Source of the DNA: an uncultured Chloroflexia bacterium
GTDB taxonomy: Bacteria; Chloroflexota; Limnocylindria; Limnocylindrales; CSP1-4
Assembly: GCA_963825995.1 (NCBI GenBank)
Contig: CAWGVH010000004.1
Span: forward strand, 115,242 to 179,241
DNA: 64,000 bases
Direction: 5' to 3'
Part shown: piece after piece, positions 57,275-64,000 of the stretch
Layout of the letters: every line of letters starts with the position of its first letter
How positions within the stretch are numbered: the first letter of the stretch is position 1
The notes under the pieces: model-generated
What the model was told of the DNA's origin: nothing
The model's database searches: none
What the model saw: the letters and a program-made list of their open reading frames with translations, nothing else
Program-made: the position numbers and the translations under genes

Positions 57275-58459
57275 ATGAACGGCAGCAACAATGGCCGCGA
57301 GGCGACGCCAGCTCGCCAGATGATGCCCGAGGTGGCGGATGGCGAGAGTCTGCGCATCGCCGTCGTGTCGCCGCCCATGCTGCCCATCCCGCCCGTCAGC
57401 TACGCCGGTACGGAGCGAGTGGTGGCGGCCCTGGTCGACGAGCTGCACATGCGTGGCCATCAGGTCACACTCTTCGCTCCGGCCGATTCAGTGACGCAGG
57501 TCGAGCTGGTACCGACCGTGGAGCAGAGCCTCTGGTCGCGTCAGTACCGTGGTGATCTCGGCTCCTACATGAACCTGACCTTGGCCAAGGTCTGGGAGCG
57601 GCGCGCAGGCTTCGACATCATCCACAGCCACGTGGAGACGCTCGGCTTCCTGTTCGCTCGGCTCTGCCCGACACCCGTGGTCACCACGCTTCACGGTCGG
57701 CTGGACCACTCCGGCATGCCCGAGCTCCTCGAGGAGTTCCGCGACATCCCGCTGGTGGCCATCAGCGAGAGCCAACGGCGCTGGTCGCCGCAGGCCAACT
57801 GGGTCGCCACGATCCACCACGGATTGCCGCTCGACCGGCTGCCCTTCCTCGAGGGCCACGGTTCATACCTCGCCTTCGTTGGACGGGTGACACCTGAGAA
57901 GGGCGTCGCCGAGGCCATCGAGCTGGCGCGCCGGACCAACATCCCTCTGCGCATGGCCGCCAAGGTCTACGACCTTCTCGAGCGCGAGTACTTCGCCGAG
58001 GTCGTCCAGCCCGCCATCGACGAGGGCATCGTCACCTTCCTTGGCGAATTGGGGCCACCCGAGCGGGATGCCCTCTACGCGGGAGCCATGGCCACCGTCA
58101 TGCTGGGCGCCTGGCCCGAGCCCTTCGGACTGGTGGCCATCGAGTCGATGGCCACAGGGACGCCCGTCATCGCCCGCCGCGCCGGCGGCCCCACGGAGAC
58201 GATCGAGCACCACGTAACGGGCTTCCTGGTTGACGACCTGACGGAGGCGGAGCTGGCCGTCCGGCGGGTGGGGGAGCTCTCGCGCGCCGGAGTGCGACGA
58301 CACGTCATCGACCGCTTCCTGCCAGGGCGCATGGTCGACGCGTACGAGGCCGTCTACCGCCGGCTCGTCGAGGCCGGCTCCATGACGGAACGCCGATCGG
58401 GAGCCGCGATCCGAGCGCTCCCCGTCTCTACCCTGGCATCGGTCGGCGGCCGGGCCTGA
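57275..58459 (+). CDS. Glycosyltransferase family 4 (GT-B)
   Basis: ATG at 57275 with a GGAGGAG RBS. RIAVVSPPMLPIPPVSYAGTERVV and EPFGLVAIESMATGTPVIA (E-x7-E). Confidence 0.85.
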   Translation: MNGSNNGREATPARQMMPEVADGESLRIAVVSPPMLPIPPVSYAGTERVVAALVDELHMRGHQVTLFAPADSVTQVELVPTVEQSLWSRQYRGDLGSYMNLTLAKVWERRAGFDIIHSHVETLGFLFARLCPTPVVTTLHGRLDHSGMPELLEEFRDIPLVAISESQRRWSPQANWVATIHHGLPLDRLPFLEGHGSYLAFVGRVTPEKGVAEAIELARRTNIPLRMAAKVYDLLEREYFAEVVQPAIDEGIVTFLGELGPPERDALYAGAMATVMLGAWPEPFGLVAIESMATGTPVIARRAGGPTETIEHHVTGFLVDDLTEAELAVRRVGELSRAGVRRHVIDRFLPGRMVDAYEAVYRRLVEAGSMTERRSGAAIRALPVSTLASVGGRA

Positions 58460-58476
58460 GGACGGGGTCGGCAGTC

Positions 58477-58827
58477 GTGCGTCTCTGGAAGGACTATGGC
58501 CTCAGCCTCGTGCTGGCCGCGCTCTTCACGGCCAGTTGGGCCCTCCAGACGTGGACCGGATGGCAGGAATACATCTCTCAGCAACACCAGGATGGGCGAG
58601 TGGCGGAGGTCTTCGGTCCGAACGGCTATGTCTGGCCGTGGGCCCAGGCGACGTTCGAGAACTGGCAATCGGAGTTCTTGCAGGTGTTCGTCTTCATCGT
58701 GCTGACCTCCTTCCTGGTCCACCGGGGGAGCCACGAGTCACCGGACACCGACTACGAGACGGAGGCGGCCCTGCGACGCATCGAAGCCCGGCTCCGAGCG
58801 CTGGATGAGAGGTTGGCCGAGCGGTGA
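58477..58827 (+). CDS. Small membrane protein (DUF6766-like, by recollection)
   Basis: GTG start. Two TM segments and NWQSEFLQVFVFIVLTSFLVHRGSHES. Confidence 0.5.
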   Translation: MRLWKDYGLSLVLAALFTASWALQTWTGWQEYISQQHQDGRVAEVFGPNGYVWPWAQATFENWQSEFLQVFVFIVLTSFLVHRGSHESPDTDYETEAALRRIEARLRALDERLAER

Positions 58828-58973
58828 GCGAACTCGAGATCCGCGCCGCCGATGTTCGGGACGAGCACGCGCACGACGCTGACCCGGTGGCGCACGGCCT
58901 CTACCTGGCCGCTGTCGTGGGCGGCGCATCGCTGCTCATGCTGGCCCTGCTCGCCCTGTTCCAGGCCGCCTGA
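58824..58973 (+). CDS. 49-aa single-TM protein, translationally coupled
   Basis: GTG at 58824 overlaps the upstream stop (GTGA). VSELEIRAADVRDEHAHDADPVAHGLYLAAVVGGASLLMLALLALFQAA. Too short to appear in the ORF track. Confidence 0.45.
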   Translation: MSELEIRAADVRDEHAHDADPVAHGLYLAAVVGGASLLMLALLALFQAA

Positions 58974-59102
58974 CGAAACGCCGGGGGCCGCTCAGCTCCG
59001 CGGATGCCATCCGAGGCCGGTGGACCCTCGGGTCTGGGGCAGGCTTCCGCGCGCCTGCCATACTCGCGACCGCCATGTCCACTCGGCGCTCGGCAGGGAG
59101 GG

Positions 59103-59724
59103 ATGTCTCGATTGAGCGAACCCGCGATCGTGCGCTTGTTCCACTTCCAGCCCGTACGTCCGGCGTTCGATGCCTCCCTGCGCGATTCGGTGCTCCCCGA
59201 CCTGCGGGCGCTGCCGGGCGTGATGCGGGTCTGGGCTGGCCGCCAGGGTCCGGGAGAGGTCGGCACGCGGTTGATCGTGTCCGTGTGGTCGTCGCGAGTG
59301 GCGATGAAGTCCGCCCTGGGCGACGATCCCGAGGATACGAGGTTCCATCCAGAGCACCTCGAAGACACCGTTGACCGGCGCCTCGAGGTGCTGTCACTGG
59401 TGGTCATGGAGGCGAACCCCGCCCCCCTCGCCACCGGCATCCTACGTGTGACCCGCGGCAGCCTGCTGGGTGGCGACATGACCGGGTACGCCAAGCTCGT
59501 CGTCGACGAGGTGACAGCCTGGCGTACCGGCGGCACCGGTCCCCGGGCGGTCGATCCTGGCGTCCGACGACGGGCAGGAGGTCGTCATGATGTCGGCGTG
59601 GCCAGACTGGGCCGCCATCGAGTCCGCCACCGGGGCCTCCGTGGAGGATCCGTTGCGCGTGAAGCGGGATCGGCTGAGCGGGTTCCAGGTTCGTCACTAC
59701 GAGCTCGTCGACGACCGCGCCTGA
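59103..59724 (+). pseudogene. Tandem ABM/dimeric alpha-beta-barrel-like protein, frame break near 59545
   Basis: IVRLFHFQPVRPAF...IVSVWSSRVAMKSALG and GILRVTRGSLLGGDM...TGGTGP lie in one frame. SILASDDGQEVVMMSAWPDWAAIESATG...RHYELVDDRA* lies in the +1 frame. Confidence 0.55.
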
Positions 59725-59767
59725 GGGACGCGCCTGAGGGACGCGCCTGACGGACGCGTCTGAGACA
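59716..59767. repeat. 13-bp tandem repeat x4 (CGCGCCTGAGGGA consensus)
   Basis: Units at 59716, 59729, 59742 and 59755. The first two are identical, the third has 1 mismatch and the fourth has 3. Confidence 0.8.
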
Positions 59768-60083
59768 TGGGCGTGCGTGATGCTGTGACCCCGCGGGCAC
59801 ATCTGCGGGCTGCGGGCCTTTTCACACACCTGCAAGGCCCGGCCGCCGTTCCGTAGTCAGGAGCACTGGCCGTGGGCCCCAGAGTGTGGCCAACTCCCGC
59901 GGATGTCGCGGCACCGATGGCCAGTTCGTCTGCGGGAGCCCTAGACGTGCCAAACGGCTCCGCACCGCCGGGCCGCGACGGCACGGGCAGGCTGCCACCT
60001 GCGAGGGTGACGGTCCGGCCAGTGGACGACCCGAGCTCCACCCCTTGGGCTCGTCCACGCCAACCTGAGAGGAGACCAGACCG

Positions 60084-60455
60084 ATGGCGACCACCAACCG
60101 ATCGACCCCAGTCGCGACCGACGGTGCGGACGACGCCGCCAGGCGACTCATCGACACCGTCGTGGACGTGTCCGCGGGGGCTGGTCAGCGTCTCGCAGAC
60201 GCTGCCGGCGGCGCTGGAGGTATGGTCGGCGACGCCGACCGGATGCTGCGCGAAAGCTCGGACCAGACCCTCGGAGTCATCGGGGCGCTTTCACTGGGGT
60301 TCGCCGGGGGCCTGCTGGTGTCTGGCTCCAACCGGCTCCTCATCGGTGCCGCGCTGACCCCGGCGGTACTCGTGGCCGCTGCCGCTTGGGATCGCCTCGC
60401 GCGCGAAACGCGCCCCACGCGCGAAACGCGCCCCACGCGGAGGCGGGCAGGCTGA
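60084..60455 (+). CDS. Hypothetical membrane protein
   Basis: ATG with a GAGGAG RBS. Two predicted TM segments (VIGALSLGFAGGLLV, LLIGAALTPAVLVAAAAW). The C-terminal ETRPTRETRPTR is encoded by an 18-bp duplication. Confidence 0.6.
   Translation: MATTNRSTPVATDGADDAARRLIDTVVDVSAGAGQRLADAAGGAGGMVGDADRMLRESSDQTLGVIGALSLGFAGGLLVSGSNRLLIGAALTPAVLVAAAAWDRLARETRPTRETRPTRRRAG
60401..60436. repeat. Perfect 18-bp tandem duplication GCGCGAAACGCGCCCCAC x2 (coding)
   Basis: 60401-60418 equals 60419-60436. Confidence 0.85.
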
Positions 60456-60465
60456 AAGCACTCTT

Positions 60466-60516
60466 CAGCGGCATCGCGCTCTCCAGCGGCATCGCACTCT
60501 CCAGCGGCATCGCTCC
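60466..60516. repeat. 18-bp tandem repeat CAGCGGCATCGCGCTCTC x ~2.8 (intergenic)
   Basis: Units at 60466 and 60484 (1 mismatch), plus a partial unit at 60502. Confidence 0.8.
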
Positions 60517-60548
60517 CGTGGATCGGAGCCGCCCCTCCCGGGAACAAT

Positions 60549-60588
60549 GGGACGCCCGGGCTCCCCGGGCTCATTGCCCGGGCGTCCC
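60549..60588. terminator. Perfect 13-bp inverted repeat between convergent genes (candidate bidirectional terminator)
   Basis: GGGACGCCCGGGC (60549-60561) and GCCCGGGCGTCCC (60576-60588) with a 14-nt loop. There is no clear U-tract. Confidence 0.5.
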
Positions 60589-60621
60589 CCGCTCTGCCAC
60601 CCGGAACGCGCCGCGGCGTCG

Positions 60622-61032
60622 TCAGGCTGCCGGCCACACCGTTTGGCTGACCCCTGCGGGAGACTCCGCCGAAACGATGGGTGGCCGGTCGTCACTGCCG
60701 GGTGCCTCCACCGCGGGATCGGTGGGCTCCAGCTCGGGTCCGGGCACCTCCGTCCCAGGAACCTCGACCTCCGGCCAGCGAGGCTCGTCCTCCGGCCCTG
60801 GCGGCTCGATGCGCGGCCCGGTCACGGTCACCTGCGTCCCCGACCCGGGCACCTCCGTCGCGGTCATGTCCATCCCCGGCCCGGGTGGCTCGATCATGCC
60901 TTCGTCGGCGGCACGGTCGAGCTCCAGCTCGCGCAGGCCGATCTCGGTCATCGGCTCATCGGGGTCATCGATGGGGATCAAGTGGGCGTCCTCGAGCGGT
61001 CGCCCTTCCGGCGTCAGCCGCAGGTGACTCAT
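60622..61032 (-). CDS. Acidic, proline-rich hypothetical protein
   Basis: ATG with a GGAAGGAG RBS. Low-complexity P/E/G-rich sequence (EPPGPGMDM..., PRIEPPGPEDEPRWPEVEVPGTEVPGPELEP). Confidence 0.55.
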   Translation of the reverse strand: MSHLRLTPEGRPLEDAHLIPIDDPDEPMTEIGLRELELDRAADEGMIEPPGPGMDMTATEVPGSGTQVTVTGPRIEPPGPEDEPRWPEVEVPGTEVPGPELEPTDPAVEAPGSDDRPPIVSAESPAGVSQTVWPAA

Positions 61033-61190
61033 AGCTTCGCTCCTTCCAGTGGTGCTTCCCCCGGACGGCTGACCCCCGCCGCTGGGGAGGGAGTGACCCA
61101 GCCGGCGGGGGCACCTGGTGTGCGAGTCGTCGAAGCGATCGGGAGGGGCCCGTGGCGCGGTGGCCGCCAGGTCGGGTCCAGTTGCATGGA

Positions 61191-61706
61191 TCAGCTCCTG
61201 AACGGGGCGTCCTGGGCGGCGGCGCCCATCGCTCGGGGGCCGTCGCGGCGCGGCACGGAGTCGGCCGGGTCCCGGGCGGGCCGATCCGCATCATCCGGCG
61301 CCCAGAAGTAGGCCATGAGCACCGACGTGTCCTCGGCACGCATGGACCAGGACGCGCCAGGCGCCAGGATGGCTGTCGTGCCTGAGCTGAGCCACGTGGC
61401 GTCATCGGCCCCGCGTGCGAGCGAACCCGCACCCTGGATCATGCTGAGGGTCAGGTAGCCATCGTTCCGCTCCGCGCCGATCTCACGCCCGGCCGCCACG
61501 ACGCTGACCAGCACGCGCACGCGCCCATCGTCATGGACGGTCTCCGAGTTGCGGCCGTCGGTCGCAAAGGCCGGCTCCGCGATCAGTCGCGCCGCGAGAT
61601 CCCCGACGTCGAAGCCGCGGAAGGCCACGTGGAGGTCCCGCGGCGGCCGCTGGTCAGAGCCGTGCGTCCGCGTCGTGGACGAGAGCTGCGAATCGTGTGC
61701 ATCCAT
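61191..61706 (-). CDS. Hypothetical protein, possibly cupin-fold
   Basis: 171-aa ORF with coding-like G/C third-position bias. A beta-rich central region (RVRVLVSVVAAGREIG...YLTLSMIQGAGSL...TAILAPGASWSMRAE). The assignment is weak. Confidence 0.45.
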   Translation of the reverse strand: MDAHDSQLSSTTRTHGSDQRPPRDLHVAFRGFDVGDLAARLIAEPAFATDGRNSETVHDDGRVRVLVSVVAAGREIGAERNDGYLTLSMIQGAGSLARGADDATWLSSGTTAILAPGASWSMRAEDTSVLMAYFWAPDDADRPARDPADSVPRRDGPRAMGAAAQDAPFRS

Positions 61707-61945
61707 ATCGTCCTACTCCGTAGGGGTGGCTTCGCGACCATCGATCACGTCGGAACCACGATGCGAAGCGTGGCAGCGGCCTGGTGTCAAACGCCCTGCG
61801 GGGAGACGCCACGGCTTGCATCCACGTGGAGGTTTCGCGGGGGGAGACGGTCCCCGGCGCGCGGTCATGCGGCGCCCCCGGGACCGTACCGACACCACTG
61901 GACGCTCGCCGCCCCAGGATGGACCGGCACGAGCGCCCACGCGGT

Positions 61946-62944
61946 CTAGATCCAGGAGCGTGACCTGGCGAAGACAAGGAACAGGATGCCGAAGAGGATC
62001 ATGGCGCCGGCCACCAGGTAGAAGTTCTGCGCCGTGTCGAAGAACTCGATCTGGAAGTTCATGCCCATGACCCCGGCCAGGACGACGGCCGGGAGGAAGA
62101 CAGCGGAAACGACGGTCAGCGCCTTCATCACGTCGTTGGCACGCTGGGCCGCACGACCCATCTGGATGTCATACGTGCCGAGCAGCGCGTCGCGGAGCCC
62201 GTCCACGGTTCGGGAGGCGGTCTCGAGACGCTCGGTGAGCCCCGGCCAAGGCTGGCCGATGCCGTCGTCGTTCGCCAGCTCGGGTCGCGCCATGGCAGCC
62301 ACGGCGTCGCGATGCGGGGCCAGTGTGCGGCGCACGAAGCTGATGCGCCTCCGGACCAGGACCAGCTCGTCGAGGAATGTGCCCCCTGCGTCGCCGCTGA
62401 GGGCCATCTGGTCCAGGTGGTCGATCTGCCGCTCGATATGCTCGGCGACCTCGTGGAAACCGGTGATGACCTCGTCCACGAGGCTCGAAAGAAGGCCGGC
62501 GGCCTGCAGGGCACCGACCGAAGACTCGCCGGAAAGACTCTCGACGAAACGCTCCAAGGCAGCCACAGGGCCACGGTGCGTGGTGACGACGACGCCCGGG
62601 CTCGCCAGAAGGTCGATCTCGCGCCGCACCACACCGAGGTCCTCGCCAGCGGTGCCGTCGGCCAGAGCGGCGCCGTCGGCCAGCTCCAGCGATTCGAGGG
62701 TGAGGTGGATGCGCTCGGTCCGATGGAAGAGACGTGCGCGTCCGGCATCTCCCTCCACGCGTCCGCGCTCGGCTGCTGTCAGGCCGAGAGGCACACCTGT
62801 GGCATCCAAGGCGCCGGGCACATCCAGGTCGACGTCCACCCAGAGCAGGCGACGGTCGCTCTTGCGAGTGCCTTCCACGGCCTCCAGGTCGATGACGCGG
62901 TCGTGGCCATCGGCATCGAAGAGCCGAGCCTGGACCCCATCCAT
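61946..62944 (-). CDS. corA: CorA-family magnesium/cobalt transporter
   Basis: ATG at 62944. The C-terminal VLAGVMGMNF (GMN motif) is followed by a second TM helix. 332 aa. Confidence 0.85.
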   Translation of the reverse strand: MDGVQARLFDADGHDRVIDLEAVEGTRKSDRRLLWVDVDLDVPGALDATGVPLGLTAAERGRVEGDAGRARLFHRTERIHLTLESLELADGAALADGTAGEDLGVVRREIDLLASPGVVVTTHRGPVAALERFVESLSGESSVGALQAAGLLSSLVDEVITGFHEVAEHIERQIDHLDQMALSGDAGGTFLDELVLVRRRISFVRRTLAPHRDAVAAMARPELANDDGIGQPWPGLTERLETASRTVDGLRDALLGTYDIQMGRAAQRANDVMKALTVVSAVFLPAVVLAGVMGMNFQIEFFDTAQNFYLVAGAMILFGILFLVFARSRSWI

Positions 62945-63299
62945 CACGATGCGGCCCCCGCGCTCGAGCGGCTCGGCGAGTGGCCTGCATCCTCCATGTG
63001 CCGATGGTGGTGGACGCACCGTTGCGGCGATATCGCAACGAGCGCGCCGACCATCACGTCCACGCGACATGGGCACGTCCACGACGCCGGCGGCCCTGAG
63101 GGCCGCCGGCCAGCGGCGCACTTGACCGGCCAGGCAAGCCCTGGCGTGGAGCGGGCTTTGCACGCTCCTGTAACGGGATGCCACGCGGCCGCAGTCATCG
63201 TGTCGCCCCGGCTATCCGACAGTCTCCGGCAGCGGCCCGCACCCAGCGAGCCACCAGTCCCGATGGGCCGAAGGGCCGTTCGGGCGGAGGGAACAGACC

Positions 63300-63581
63300 A
63301 TGAGCATCATCGCGTGGCTCGTGCTCGGTGCGATCGCCGGGTATCTCGCTGGCTTCATCGTCAAGGGCGATGAAGGCCTGGGCATCCTTGGCCACATCCT
63401 GCTCGGGATCGTTGGCGCGCTGGTCGGTGGCTTTCTGGCCGGCGTCTTCTTCGACGTCGACCCAGTCGATGGGGCACTCGACGTGAGTTCCATCGTGGTC
63501 GCCACGATCGGCGCCGTCATCACGGTCCTCATCGTCGGTACCCTGGCACGCGGTTCCCGCACGGGCCGTGGCGCGATCTGA
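63300..63581 (+). CDS. GlsB/YeaQ/YmgE-family stress-response membrane protein
   Basis: MSIIAWLVLGAIAGYLAGFIVKGDEGLGILGHILLGIVGALVGGFLAG is the transglycosylase-associated family pattern. Confidence 0.85.
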   Translation: MSIIAWLVLGAIAGYLAGFIVKGDEGLGILGHILLGIVGALVGGFLAGVFFDVDPVDGALDVSSIVVATIGAVITVLIVGTLARGSRTGRGAI

Positions 63582-63620
63582 CGACGCCATCCGAACGGCC
63601 CGTGCCCGGCTCACGACGGC

Positions 63621-63650
63621 GAGCACCCGCCCCCGTGAGGGAGGGTGCTC
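63621..63650 (+). terminator. Stem-loop downstream of the GlsB-family gene
   Basis: GAGCACCC / GGGTGCTC form an 8-bp stem with a 14-nt loop. Confidence 0.35.
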
Positions 63651-63801
63651 GACGTGTATCGCCGGCATCGGCTCTCGAGCCGATGGGCGTCTGCAAGGCC
63701 CCTGATAGGGGGCCGATGGCCCGTAGAGACGGCCTGAAAGTGGCCGCCGATTACGGTGGGTTGGCGCTCGCATCCGCGAGCTGGAGTAAGGAGAGCGACA
63801 C

Positions 63802-64000
63802 ATGGACGAGGTCAAGCAGGGCTACCGCGAGGTCGAGAACAAGACCAAGGAGGCTTGGCGCCAGGCAGACGGCGACGAGTCGATCGCGGACAAGGTGGGC
63901 AACGTCGGCGACGATGTTCGAGACGGTGTGGGCAACCTCGCTGACGACGTCCGTCGCGGAGTAGAAGGCGTGGACGACGACGTCAAGGACACGGTCGACC
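63802..64000 (+). CDS. Hypothetical acidic repeat protein (stress-protein-like), 3' end cut by window edge
   Basis: ATG at 63802 with an AAGGAG RBS. MDEVKQGYREVENKTKEAWRQADGDESIADKVGNVGDDVRDGVGNLADDVRRGVEGVDDDVKDTVD has a repeated D-D-V-x-D-x-V pattern. The ORF is open to the window end. Confidence 0.55.
   Translation, partial: MDEVKQGYREVENKTKEAWRQADGDESIADKVGNVGDDVRDGVGNLADDVRRGVEGVDDDVKDTVD

Noticed and set aside
59716-60516. CRISPR array
   Set aside because: The repeats are directly tandem (13 bp and 18 bp) with no spacers and only 2-4 units. There are no cas genes in the window.
62945-63200. M-box riboswitch upstream of corA
   Set aside because: I could not find the conserved GTTAGGTGAGGCTCC-type core by eye. 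Only generic GC hairpins are present. This needs a covariance-model scan.
1-64000. Prophage, transposon or integrative element
   Set aside because: No integrase, transposase, recombinase, terminal inverted repeats or phage structural genes could be recognised in any frame.

Overview
Very GC-rich bacterial chromosome segment. Third codon positions are almost all G/C, GTG/TTG starts are frequent, and many neighbouring genes overlap by 4 nt (ATGA/GTGA). This style fits Actinobacteria or Chloroflexi. Because of the GC content, nearly every real gene is shadowed by long spurious ORFs in other frames, so I called genes from recognisable protein motifs, RBS/start context and operon logic.

The window is mostly an accessory carbohydrate-utilisation region:
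- Four sugar ABC uptake systems: three CUT1-type (SBP + 2 permeases) at 11.6-14.8, 20.8-23.9 and 29.0-32.8 kb, and one CUT2-type at 47.6-50.4 kb.
- Glycoside hydrolases/phosphorylases: GH31, a GH13_18 sucrose-phosphorylase-like enzyme, and GH65 with a beta-phosphoglucomutase.
- Two LacI regulators, one ROK protein, and several sugar kinases, aldolases, isomerases and mutarotases.

Other content:
- Three PIN/VapC loci: two intact toxin-antitoxin pairs and one remnant next to a tRNA-like 3' fragment.
- A DUF2161-like nuclease-fold gene.
- An ArsR/SRPBCC pair.
- CorA and small stress or membrane proteins.

Three items stand out:
1. A translationally coupled operon at 6.25-10.5 kb encoding a PAS sensor, an MBL-fold hydrolase, and a class III nucleotidyl cyclase fused to a STAND P-loop ATPase and a TPR array.
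2. A seven-gene minus-strand operon at 38.6-45.2 kb encoding an M24 peptidase, a creatininase-family amidohydrolase, an ASRT-like protein, a PNPOx-like flavoprotein, an unknown ~550-aa protein, a TIM-barrel isomerase and a PfkB kinase. I cannot assign it a pathway.
3. A heavy load of reading-frame breaks, about 15 junctions in 11 genes. Eight of them fall within 3.4 kb of an sgc-like cluster (33.4-36.9 kb).

I found no rRNA, no complete tRNA, no CRISPR array, and no transposase or integrase.
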